From: Acidobacteriota bacterium
Lineage (GTDB): Bacteria; Acidobacteriota; Thermoanaerobaculia; Multivoradales; SZUA-115
DNA length: 64,000 nt
Direction of reading: 5' to 3'
NCBI GenBank assembly: GCA_024277255.1
Contig: JAJRVQ010000117.1
Location: 31,171-95,170, forward strand
In this document: positions 10,305 to 18,805 of the stretch, piece by piece
Layout: every line of letters starts with the position of its first letter
Position numbering within the stretch: the first letter of the stretch is position 1
Made by a program: the position numbers and the translations under genes
The notes under the pieces: model-generated
Databases searched by the model: none
What the model saw: the letters and a program-made list of their open reading frames with translations, nothing else
Told to the model about the DNA's origin: nothing

Positions 10305-10354
10305 AGGGCGGGGGTTGGCGCGTTTCAGCCGAGCCCTTACCCGTGGACGGTAAG

Positions 10355-11188
10355 TCAGTACACGAAGTAGCAGCGAACGCAGTCTACCGGGCAGTAGCCG
10401 CCTGCCGGAACGCCACACGAGGAGGCTCCAGGCCCGATGCCGCCCCCTCCACTCCAGCCTCCTCCTCCTCCTAATGAAATGCACTTACAGTTCGCCAGGA
10501 GAACTCCGCAGGTGCAGCAGGAGTAGAAGCCAGTAGCGCAGGAAATGGAGCAGCTCCTACGACCGCAGGTCTGACTACAAGCTGTGGATCCTATGCCGCC
10601 ACTGGTACAAGTCGCTTCTTTCGGTGCGCCCATCCAGGAGTTGTCGAGCGGTAGTTGCCATTCTCCGGGTGTCTGGGAAAAACCGAAGCCGGAATAGACG
10701 AAGAGGGCGTCCTCCGCAATGGGCCGATTCCCGTTCTCCATCACCAAGGAGCCAAGTTGTTCCTCGCTGGCGCCTGGCTCTTCCGTTAGGAAGAAGCCCA
10801 GAACCAAGGCCTTGTCGCGTGCGGTTGCCACTACGCCATCCGGTCGAATCAGCAGGCGGGCGTCGTTGATCGTGATGGGAAACTCATCGGGGATGAGGCC
10901 ATAGGTCTCCAAGACGAAGAGCCGGTCGAAGGTGCCGTCTGGCTCGCTACGAAACGATCTTTCGTCGAGCGCGATCCCGATACCGTAGTCCTGGACCGCG
11001 TCAATCACCACCGTCCCGTACAAGACCTCGGTCTCCGCGTGGCCCGCGACGCCAACCCCTAAGAAAAGAATGATGCACAACAGTAGACGCCGCCAGAGCT
11101 GAGACATGGTGCTTCTCCTGGGAAAAAGGAAGATCAAAGCATCGTTGCTCAAAACCGTATACTGGTTGAGGAGTATTGTCAATAGCAA
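10355..11188 (-). CDS. secreted hypothetical protein with Cys/Gly-rich C-terminal tail
   Basis: Signal peptide (LLLCIILFLGVGVAGHA). The C-terminal ~90 aa holds >15 Cys and poly-Gly runs (…CATGFYSCCTCGVLLANCKCISLGGGGGWSGGGG…CPVDCVRCYFVY). Lower GC than surroundings. Confidence 0.5.
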   Translation of the reverse strand: MLLTILLNQYTVLSNDALIFLFPRRSTMSQLWRRLLLCIILFLGVGVAGHAETEVLYGTVVIDAVQDYGIGIALDERSFRSEPDGTFDRLFVLETYGLIPDEFPITINDARLLIRPDGVVATARDKALVLGFFLTEEPGASEEQLGSLVMENGNRPIAEDALFVYSGFGFSQTPGEWQLPLDNSWMGAPKEATCTSGGIGSTACSQTCGRRSCSISCATGFYSCCTCGVLLANCKCISLGGGGGWSGGGGIGPGASSCGVPAGGYCPVDCVRCYFVY

Positions 11189-11204
11189 AACAGTTCGGTC
11201 TTCT

Positions 11205-11298
11205 TGAGTCGCGTGCCGAAGCCGACCTGGCCGGCACCCCCCGCCGACGAGAATGCCCTGCGCGAATTTCTAGGTCACTTCGCGCCCTGCGGGTAGTA
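11205..11298 (+). pseudogene. relic 3' end (~25 codons, frameshifted) of a paralogue of gene 9600-10304
   Basis: ~85% nt identity to 10221-10304 over ~95 bp. One extra C breaks the frame. Translates as …AEADLAGTP/ADENALREFLGHFAPCG* versus …AEIDLTGTPADESALREFLGHFAPCG*. Confidence 0.5.
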
Positions 11299-11321
11299 GG
11301 GCGAGGGCCAGTTACCCCGGA

Positions 11322-12212
11322 CTACCGATGCCTTCGGCAAATCTCGCAAGTACAAGATGGTTTCGTGAAGTGGCGGACTCCGACAACTGCCTCATTCTTG
11401 CGATCCGCTCGCGCATAGATGAGCTCAAATAGCTCGGTCTCATTGTTTTCCACGTACCGACGCAGAGCATAGGCACAGAGATCGGCCACTTGGACCATGC
11501 TAGTAAGGCTACTGTCCACAAAGAGAGGCGTTTCGATCGTTCTCTCAAGAGGAGTCCATTGGGTGCCGTGGGCTTGGAACTGTCTCATGAGGCGGGTGTG
11601 TTTTCGCGCGACGGTTTCGTTGTTGTCATGCACGACAAGCCCGTAGTTGCGTTGTGCGTTATTGCCGTCTGTCTTTTGCAGGTAGGTCTCGAAACGTGAG
11701 ATCACCTGCTCGAAGGCTTGTTCGTCCACCGAGCGCGCACTCCGATCAGGATTGAAATGGAGTTTGTCGATGCACTCGGCGAAGATTCGCGCGAAACCCC
11801 AGGCCGAAACAGTCTTGGCAACCTGGCGCACGAACTCGGTGCGCTCGGCGAGGGTCAGATGAACGTACTCGTTGGTTTTTTCATAGTTTTTCTTGGCCTG
11901 TCGGTACGCCTTGCCTCCGATCTTTTGCAGCTGGAGAAGGTGGGCGTGTCGTAGCTGTACCACTTGCCGGCGCCGCTCAGCATGATCCAGTAGTTCAAAG
12001 TTCGCGATTCGCGCCTGCTCTAGGTACTTTCTTAGTAGCCACGCGGTGTGGAGTTCAACGCTGGAAAGGGAGAATTGAGTCTTGACCGCCGAGATTTCAG
12101 CGTCAGCGGTTCTCCAGTGCCAGATGGGAATCGAAACCCCAGCCAAGATGAAGTGCGAGGTGTTGCCTGGGAGACCGGGAGTGCCCGATTCGTCGATGTA
12201 GCAGAGATACAA
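11322..12212 (-). CDS. DUF3800-family protein
   Basis: N-terminus (M)YLCYIDESGTPG is the DUF3800 hallmark. TTG start. Markedly lower GC (~50%). C-terminal CTCEIC motif. Confidence 0.6.
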   Translation of the reverse strand: MYLCYIDESGTPGLPGNTSHFILAGVSIPIWHWRTADAEISAVKTQFSLSSVELHTAWLLRKYLEQARIANFELLDHAERRRQVVQLRHAHLLQLQKIGGKAYRQAKKNYEKTNEYVHLTLAERTEFVRQVAKTVSAWGFARIFAECIDKLHFNPDRSARSVDEQAFEQVISRFETYLQKTDGNNAQRNYGLVVHDNNETVARKHTRLMRQFQAHGTQWTPLERTIETPLFVDSSLTSMVQVADLCAYALRRYVENNETELFELIYARADRKNEAVVGVRHFTKPSCTCEICRRHR

Positions 12213-12233
12213 GGCTTCGACTCGAGAGGGTAC

Positions 12234-12271
12234 AAAAAAAGCGACTGGGCTTTTGGGGCCTTAGGCCCCAA
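12234..12271 (-). terminator. possible weak intrinsic terminator downstream of the M48 peptidase gene
   Basis: Perfect 8-bp stem ttggggcc/ggccccaa with 3-nt loop at 12253-12271. T7 run on the minus strand at 12234-12240, but 12 nt away from the stem. Confidence 0.3.
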
Positions 12272-12350
12272 GACGAGACGCTTGGCGACTCATCCCAGAC
12301 GCCTAATCAGAAAACCATAGATGCAAGGAGTTGTCAAGATGGGCGGCCAC

Positions 12351-13706
12351 CTACTCCCTCTCCAGATTCTCCGCCTTCCACTGCATCGCCATGTGGATGC
12401 GGGCGCGGCCGCTGGGGTGGTCGAAGAAGATCCATTCTTCGATCGGGCCGGGATCGATCTTGCGGTATTCGGAGAGCATCAGCGCGGTCTCGGCGAAGCC
12501 TTCGGGCTCGCGGGCGATGTTGAGACCGAAGACATCGGCCTCGGCTTCGTTGGTGCGGATGTAGGTGTTGAGGATCGGGGTCATGAGGAAGAAGTAGACC
12601 GAGAGCAGGACCAGTAGCAAGGGCATGCCGGCGACATCGCCGATGCCGGAGATTCCCCACTGCTTGCCCCGCCGAGCGACCAGACGGTCGAAGGTGAAGC
12701 GGACGAAGGCGAAGGCCCCCACCAGCAGCACGCCGAAGAAGAGGATCCCCTCGTAGACATGGTTGAGCACGTAGTGGCCGATCTCGTGGCCCATCACCGC
12801 CTTGACACCCGCCAGGTCGCAGCGCTCCAACAGGTTGTCGTTGAGCGAGATTCGCATCGTGCCGAAGATGCCGCTGACGTTGGCGCTGACCCGTTTGCTC
12901 TGCTTCGAGGCATCGAATTGGTAGACCTTGTCCACTTCCACCCCGCTGCCGCGCGCCATGGAGAGAATCGGGTCGACCGTCGCCGGGTCGTCGAGGGGTT
13001 GGTATTCGTTGAATAGCGGCGCGATGTACACCGGTGCGAGCAGGAGCACGACCACCATGAAGGCTACCGAGACCACGGCGCCCCAAATCCACCAGGTCCT
13101 CGGCGCCTTGCGGAAGACGGCGTAGAGCACCGCCATGGCGATGGGCATGATGATCAGACCCACCAACAAGCCGGTCAGGTGGTCACCGAACCAGCCGCCG
13201 AAGTTCTGGTTGGCCAAGCCGTATTTGTGTTCGCGGAAGTAGCCTTGGTAGAGCGCCAGCGGGAAGCTGATCACGGTGGTCAGTAACAGGTATTGAACGG
13301 TGTAGAGGGCGGTGTGAATCGCCTTGAATCGCCAGACCTTCCCGGCCAGGTCTCGCATTTTGGTCGAAAGTCGGGTGCCGAGGAGCAGCCAGGCGACTGC
13401 GAGTCCGAAGAGGAAGTTCCACAGCAGCAGCCAGTAGCCGCCGACGAAGTAGCTGTCGGAGCGCTCGCGCTCCTCGCCGCTGAGCCGGGCGAGGTAGGTC
13501 TCGGTGGCCGCGTCGACATCGAAGGGCTGGCGGGGCGCGGTGGCTAAGCCGGGGTTGGAGGGCACTTCTCGGGCGACTGTAGGCCCGTCGGTCTCGGATA
13601 GGTCCGAGGGTGGCGCGGTCGCCTGCTGTGAGAATGCTGGGAGGCAACCCAGGGCGCCGATCAACCAGCTCAGAGCGATGGCTAGGGTCCAACGATGTTT
13701 GGCCAT
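12351..13706 (-). CDS. M48-family zinc metalloprotease (Ste24/HtpX-like), multi-TM
   Basis: HEIGHYVLNH (HExxH) inside a membrane protein. Start placed at MAKHRW (13706) with GGAGG 8 nt upstream; the ORF track starts further upstream. Confidence 0.8.
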   Translation of the reverse strand: MAKHRWTLAIALSWLIGALGCLPAFSQQATAPPSDLSETDGPTVAREVPSNPGLATAPRQPFDVDAATETYLARLSGEERERSDSYFVGGYWLLLWNFLFGLAVAWLLLGTRLSTKMRDLAGKVWRFKAIHTALYTVQYLLLTTVISFPLALYQGYFREHKYGLANQNFGGWFGDHLTGLLVGLIIMPIAMAVLYAVFRKAPRTWWIWGAVVSVAFMVVVLLLAPVYIAPLFNEYQPLDDPATVDPILSMARGSGVEVDKVYQFDASKQSKRVSANVSGIFGTMRISLNDNLLERCDLAGVKAVMGHEIGHYVLNHVYEGILFFGVLLVGAFAFVRFTFDRLVARRGKQWGISGIGDVAGMPLLLVLLSVYFFLMTPILNTYIRTNEAEADVFGLNIAREPEGFAETALMLSEYRKIDPGPIEEWIFFDHPSGRARIHMAMQWKAENLERE

Positions 13707-14005
13707 TGTTCGCCTCCTCCAGTTGAGATGCGGCCACGAGCGCAGCCTGTTCTTGGTAGTGGTTCCAGTGATGATACGTCCGTGGGCCAGGTTGGTTACA
13801 TGCTGCCATCTTTCTAAGTGCACCGCGCTGGTCAGCCCGATCGGCTCTGAGCAGCGAGTGGCCGAGGTGGTACCGTTGTTTACGATCGATCGAGGAGCTG
13901 ACCGCCATGGCGCGCCGAGGATGTAAGTGCTTGGGGCGGAATACGGGTGGGCGTAGAGAGAGCTAGCCGGGTGGGAGGAAAGAACAGGAACCAAGGAGAA
14001 CTGAC

Positions 14006-16957
14006 GTGCGGAAAAGAAATCGGCTTCCCAGTGTAGTGCTCGTTGGCCTGTTCATGGGCCTGATCCCCCAATGCGCCGTGGCGGTACCTCGGGTCCGCGT
14101 TCCCCAAGATGCGACTCTACAACAAGCGATTGCCCGGGCGGACGGTGGCGGGGTCATCGAGATCGCCGCCGGTCGCTACCCGGCTCCGCCCAACGCCTTT
14201 CGCTTGACCAACCTCGGCAAGGGTTTCACCATTCGGGCCGCGGACGGTGCCGCGCCGGGAAGCGTGGTGTTGGATGGGGAGGGCAATCACCCGATTCTGC
14301 GCTTCGAGAACAGCGATCGCTCGCGCGGCCGGCAGGTGTTCTTCTCCGGTTTGACCTTCCGCGACGGGGCATCGACCCAAGGGGGCGTCGGCGGCGCGGT
14401 GACCCTCTCTGCCGCCCAGGCGTCCTTTACCGATTGCCGGTTTGAAAACAACAGCGCCGCCGCAACGAGCAGCGGCGGTGGCGCGGTGTTGATCGGCAAG
14501 GGGTCCGAGGCACTGTTCTTCGACTCGCTATTCGATGGCAACAGCTCACAGTTGCGCGGCGGTGGCTTGGAGATCAACAACTCCCTGGTCTATCTTCAGG
14601 GCGGGCGCTTGGTCGACAATCGGGTCAACCTTCCCGGCCACCGCTCAGACGCGCACGGCGGCGCGATGAGTATCCTCGACAGCCGGGTGCGCATCTACGA
14701 TACCCAGTTCGAGGGCAACGAGGCCGCCTGGGTTGGCGGCGCGATCTTCGTCTTCGGTATATGGGGCGAGGAGGTGCGGGATCCGGCGTCCGACTTGATG
14801 ATCGCAAACTCGACCTTCCTGTCGAACCAGATTCGACAGGACATCTGCTGTCCTCCCGGCCCGACCGGAGGAGCCGCCATCCACGCCGAAGACCACACCA
14901 CGGTGCGCATCTTCGGTTCGCGCTTCACCGACAACAAGGCGGCGCAGGGCGGTGCGATCTCGAACTACCGAGCCGAACTGGAGATCGATGGTTCGGTCTT
15001 TGACGGCAACGTGGCGATCGAGGACACCACCGGGGTCCCTTCGGGCGGGGCGATTTCGCTGGCGGCCGGCGACTTCGCCGATTCTTCGACGGACTTCGGC
15101 GCGATCAATCGGCGCTCACCGAGCTTGATCGTGCGCCGCTCACTCATGCGCGGTGACCTCACACCGGCACCGGAAGCGGCCGACGGCGGCTGCCTGTCGG
15201 CTTCCGGCGACCTCAACCGTCGCTTTGGTGACGGCGGGGTCTCGGCGGCGGGAACCAATGCCGAGAACCGCACCAAGGTGGTGCTCGATCGCGTCGTTTT
15301 TGAGGGTTGCGATGCGGAGGCGATCGGGGGGGGCGCCGGTTTCGGCGGCGCGCTCAGCCTGCGCTTCGTCGACCTCGACATGGCCGACAGTATGGTGTTG
15401 TCCAGCAACGCCCTGAGTGCGGGTGCAGTGGGAGGAGGGCTGGCGGTCTTCCAGGAGTCGAGTGGACGGGTTTTGCGCACCACCTTCGCCGGCAACAAGG
15501 CGGGGTTCTCGGGTGGTGGGTTTTTCTGGTCAGGCTCCAACTTGGAAGTTGCCGACAGCGTCTTTATCGGCAACGAGGTCAGTCCCGGCGTGGCCGAGCC
15601 GGTGAGCCAATCGCGGGGCGCCGGCCTGTTGACCACGCCTCGCAACCCCGCCGCGCAGCCTGGTCGCGAAGCCGATGCATCGGGAGTGGTTCGCAACTGT
15701 CTCTTCACCGGCAACGTCGGCCTGCCCGTCTTCGAGATTGATACCGTCGACAAGGCGATCAACCGGGTGACCTACGACGGCAACAAGTTTCACTCCACAA
15801 CCTTCGGTGACAAGGTCTTCGTCAACATCGTCTTCAACCGCCAAGGCTCGACCGCGCCACAGCTCAACGCCATGGTGGTGCAGAGGGGCGCGGGGCCCTC
15901 GACCGACAAGAGCCAGGTGGCCAACTCGAGGCTGGTGACGGCGCCGCGACAGGGGAGCGTGCTCGCCGTGCCGCCGGTGCTGTCCTCCTTCGGCGGTGGC
16001 GCACCGGGCCGCACCTTCTTAGCCTACGCCGGCAGCGGCGGCACCCTGGCGCTCGATGGGCAGAATCAGACGGCGCCGGCCGGTGTGGTGGAAACCGGTA
16101 CGGCCGGAGGGCATACCCTTCGCGCCTCCGGGACCCAGGTCGCCACCACCACCGTGGGCGGCGAAGAATGTTCGAGCGAAGGTGTCCTCTGCCTGCGGGA
16201 GGGGCGCTTCTTTCTCGATGTTGACTGGCGCGACTTCGCCGGCAAGAGGGGGTATGGCCACACCAAACTGCTGACCAAGGACACGGGCTACTTCTGGTTC
16301 TTCCGCGACACCAACGTCGAACTGGTGATCAAGGCGCTCAACGGCACCGCGGTCAACGGGCGCTTCTGGATCTTCTACGGCGCTCTGTCGAGCGTCGAAT
16401 ACGAACTGCGGGTGCTCGATACGGTCAGCCGGCGGCTCAAGAGCTACAACAACCCGCCGCGCAATCTGGCGAGTGTCGCCGATACCTCGGCATTTCCGCC
16501 GGAAGCCGACAAGTCGGTGGCCGCAACCCAACTCCCGTTCCTGGCGGAACTGGATGGGGTCGATCTGCCGACATTCTCCCCCTCTGGTCTTTCCTCCGGC
16601 GCCTTGAAGGGCAACTGCCTCCCCAGCGACACGGTTCTCTGTCTGCGTGACGGTCGCTTCCAGGTGGAGGTCGATTGGCGCGATCCGCAGGATCGAACCG
16701 GCCTGGGAATGGCCGAGGTTCTGACCAAGGACACCGGCTACTTCTACTTCTTCAACGAATCCAATATCGAGCTGGTCCTCAAGATCCTCGACGGCCGCAC
16801 GATCAACGGCCACTTCTGGGTCTTTTACGGTGCGTTGTCCAACGTGGAGTACACCATTCGCATCACCGACACCGAGACCGGCTTCGTCAAGACCTTCATC
16901 AACCCACAGGGCAACCTGGCCAGTGTCGCCGACACGGAGGCGATTGCCAGTGAGTAG
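14006..16957 (+). CDS. secreted right-handed beta-helix (pectate-lyase-like) repeat protein with two tandem C-terminal ~108-aa domains
   Basis: GTG start after AAGGAGA. Signal peptide. Repeated G-rich beta-helix-like segments. C-terminal tandem domains at ~16180-16500 and ~16629-16954 share CLR(E/D)GRF.V.VDWRD…TKDTGYF.FF…NGHFW.FYGALS.VEY. Confidence 0.6.
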   Translation: MRKRNRLPSVVLVGLFMGLIPQCAVAVPRVRVPQDATLQQAIARADGGGVIEIAAGRYPAPPNAFRLTNLGKGFTIRAADGAAPGSVVLDGEGNHPILRFENSDRSRGRQVFFSGLTFRDGASTQGGVGGAVTLSAAQASFTDCRFENNSAAATSSGGGAVLIGKGSEALFFDSLFDGNSSQLRGGGLEINNSLVYLQGGRLVDNRVNLPGHRSDAHGGAMSILDSRVRIYDTQFEGNEAAWVGGAIFVFGIWGEEVRDPASDLMIANSTFLSNQIRQDICCPPGPTGGAAIHAEDHTTVRIFGSRFTDNKAAQGGAISNYRAELEIDGSVFDGNVAIEDTTGVPSGGAISLAAGDFADSSTDFGAINRRSPSLIVRRSLMRGDLTPAPEAADGGCLSASGDLNRRFGDGGVSAAGTNAENRTKVVLDRVVFEGCDAEAIGGGAGFGGALSLRFVDLDMADSMVLSSNALSAGAVGGGLAVFQESSGRVLRTTFAGNKAGFSGGGFFWSGSNLEVADSVFIGNEVSPGVAEPVSQSRGAGLLTTPRNPAAQPGREADASGVVRNCLFTGNVGLPVFEIDTVDKAINRVTYDGNKFHSTTFGDKVFVNIVFNRQGSTAPQLNAMVVQRGAGPSTDKSQVANSRLVTAPRQGSVLAVPPVLSSFGGGAPGRTFLAYAGSGGTLALDGQNQTAPAGVVETGTAGGHTLRASGTQVATTTVGGEECSSEGVLCLREGRFFLDVDWRDFAGKRGYGHTKLLTKDTGYFWFFRDTNVELVIKALNGTAVNGRFWIFYGALSSVEYELRVLDTVSRRLKSYNNPPRNLASVADTSAFPPEADKSVAATQLPFLAELDGVDLPTFSPSGLSSGALKGNCLPSDTVLCLRDGRFQVEVDWRDPQDRTGLGMAEVLTKDTGYFYFFNESNIELVLKILDGRTINGHFWVFYGALSNVEYTIRITDTETGFVKTFINPQGNLASVADTEAIASE

Positions 16958-16963
16958 GGGGAG

Positions 16964-17353
16964 TCAGACGGCGGAGAGAATGTCGGTGCGGGTGAAGTCA
17001 CTGCCCTTGAAGAGCAATGGCTCTCCCGAGTATTGGGAGAGAGCGTAGGCGCAGCAATCGCCAAGGTTGAGTTTGGCTGGATGGCGGCCCTTGCCGAACT
17101 TCTCGTAGGCTCGTCGCGCCAGGAGAAAGTGCTCCTCGGTGAAAGCGACGATCTCGAAACCGGCGTAGTGGCACAGAAGGTCGAACTCGCGGATGGCCGA
17201 GGGTCCTTTGCGAGCGCGGACAACTATCGCGACCTCTAGGGCGTTCAGGCTGCTGACTAGCCGAACACGCGCCGTTGCGATGGCGTCGACGAAGTCCTCG
17301 CACTCGGACTCCTTGAAGAGGATGGCAAGGATGGCCGACGTATCAATGACCAT
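16964..17353 (-). CDS. vapC: PIN-domain toxin VapC
   Basis: MVIDTSAILAILFKE… PIN N-terminus with conserved acidic residues. 1-nt overlap with the upstream antitoxin. Confidence 0.8.
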   Translation of the reverse strand: MVIDTSAILAILFKESECEDFVDAIATARVRLVSSLNALEVAIVVRARKGPSAIREFDLLCHYAGFEIVAFTEEHFLLARRAYEKFGKGRHPAKLNLGDCCAYALSQYSGEPLLFKGSDFTRTDILSAV

Positions 17354-17607
17354 CAGGAGAAGGCGCCGTCGTTGTCGTAGCCAAGTATCTCCTCGGCGGA
17401 ACGTTCGTCGAGATCCGGGAGGTTGGCACAGCGGTCCGAGATCTCGAGAATCATCTCGCGGACAGACGGAGCCGTCCTACGGTCGCGTTGTCTCCTCAGC
17501 GCTTCTTCGAGAGCCACGATCACCGAGCGGGTAAGCGTGGTGCCGCTTTCCTCTGCCAAGGCTCTCGCCAACCGTTCGGCCTCGGGATTCTTGATGCTCA
17601 GTGCCAT
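17353..17607 (-). CDS. vapB: VapB-type antitoxin
   Basis: 84-aa ORF immediately upstream of and overlapping vapC. Palindromic operator 22 nt upstream. Confidence 0.6.
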   Translation of the reverse strand: MALSIKNPEAERLARALAEESGTTLTRSVIVALEEALRRQRDRRTAPSVREMILEISDRCANLPDLDERSAEEILGYDNDGAFS

Positions 17608-17628
17608 GAAGGTAGCCTACCACCTTTC

Positions 17629-17645
17629 TAGGTAGATTCTACCTA
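17629..17645. promoter_or_regulatory. palindromic operator TAGGTAGA-T-TCTACCTA upstream of vapB
   Basis: Perfect 8-bp arms around a central T, 22 nt upstream of the vapB start. An additional half-site-like GGTAG…CTACC lies at 17611-17624. Confidence 0.4.
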
Positions 17646-17808
17646 TTGTCTGGGTTCTCGGTGACGTTTGGGGCGTGACCGAACTGCATGTTCAGGTGGT
17701 TAGTTGTCGTAAGAGATTGATTATAAATGGCTTATGAATGGAATCTATCCTCCTGTGATAGTCGGGTGGCACCTCTCAACTTTGGGGTGGCACCTCTGGC
17801 CTTTGGGG

Positions 17809-17838
17809 TTGACAATGTTTCCATGATTCTCGTATAGT
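17809..17838 (+). promoter_or_regulatory. sigma70-type promoter (TTGACA-18 nt-TATAGT) for arsR; probably leaderless
   Basis: -35 TTGACA at 17809-14 and -10 TATAGT at 17833-38. The arsR ATG at 17845 is ~7 nt after the -10. Preceded by two ~22-bp tandem repeats GGGTGGCACCTCT…CTTTGG (17764-17807). Confidence 0.45.
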
Positions 17839-17844
17839 CGATTT

Positions 17845-18177
17845 ATGAGTGACCCCGCTGCCGTCCGTTTCGCGGCCATGTTTGCCGCTTTGGGCCATGA
17901 GGCTCGGGTGCGGATTCTTCGGGCTCTGCTCACCTCCCATCCGCAAGGGCTGGTGGTCGGGGAAATCCAGGCGCGTTTGGAGATCCCGGCCTCGACGCTC
18001 TCCCATCACCTCGATGCCTTGCGCCGCGAGGGGTTGATCGAGCAGCATCGCGAAGGTCGCTTCCTGCGCTATCGCGCGGCGACCGAGGGGCTTACGGAGC
18101 TGCTCGGCTTTCTCTATGCCGAGTGTTGTGGCCGTTCCTCGGTGGTGAAGGTCTCCGCCCTTCAGGGCTGCTGTTGA
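17845..18177 (+). CDS. arsR: ArsR/SmtB-family metalloregulatory repressor
   Basis: HTH region EARVRILRALL…GLVVGEI…STLSHHLDALRREGLI and C-terminal Cys pair. Confidence 0.8.
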   Translation: MSDPAAVRFAAMFAALGHEARVRILRALLTSHPQGLVVGEIQARLEIPASTLSHHLDALRREGLIEQHREGRFLRYRAATEGLTELLGFLYAECCGRSSVVKVSALQGCC

Positions 18178-18256
18178 GCTGAACTGAAGGGGTGTGGAGT
18201 ACGGGTTGCTGTCGCTATACGATTCGACTCTGCTAGAAACAAAGAAAGGAAATTCC

Positions 18257-18724
18257 ATGTCGATTCCACTCAAGGCCCACGTTGCCGTCAACGTTTCGAA
18301 CATCGATCGTTCGGTCGCCTTTTATCGTGCCTTCTTCGGCCAGGAGCCGGCCAAGATTCGAGCCGACTACGCCAAGTTCGAGATCGAAGATCCGCCGCTC
18401 AACTTCACCCTGAATCAGGCGACGTCAGAGGGCGATCGGCCGAGCCGTCGTAGCGCTGGCGCCGTCAACCATCTCGGCATCCAGGTCGCTTCGACCGAGA
18501 GCGTGGATAGCGCCGCCCGCCGGCTTACCCGTGCCGGTTTGCTGACTCGCGAGGAGCGAGACACCGACTGCTGCTACGCCCTCCAAGACAAAGTCTGGGC
18601 GGAGGACCCCGACGGCCACGCCTGGGAGATCTTTGTCGTCAAGCAGGCAGACACCGGCCCCGACGCTGGGCGAGCGAACGGTTGCTGCCAGGACACCTGT
18701 TGCAGCGAGGAGAGCGCGGTTTGA
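18257..18724 (+). CDS. arsI: ArsI-like C-As lyase (VOC/glyoxalase family organoarsenical dioxygenase)
   Basis: LNFTLN, HLGIQVASTESV, CCYALQDKVWAEDPDGHAWEIF and C-terminal CCQDTCC match ArsI. Start placed at MSIPLK (AAAGGA RBS); the ORF track starts 21 codons earlier. Confidence 0.7.
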   Translation: MSIPLKAHVAVNVSNIDRSVAFYRAFFGQEPAKIRADYAKFEIEDPPLNFTLNQATSEGDRPSRRSAGAVNHLGIQVASTESVDSAARRLTRAGLLTREERDTDCCYALQDKVWAEDPDGHAWEIFVVKQADTGPDAGRANGCCQDTCCSEESAV

Positions 18725-18805
18725 TCCTCATCAACACTGCCGTGAACGGTGTGGCGCTCGACCTGCACCTGCGCTCGACCTGTGGATGCATGGAGGTGGC
18801 CACGC

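Noticed and set aside
17764-17807. TGGCAC elements in the tandem repeats as sigma54 -24 boxes
   Set aside because: No GC/TTGC -12 element at the required spacing; a good sigma70 -35/-10 follows instead.
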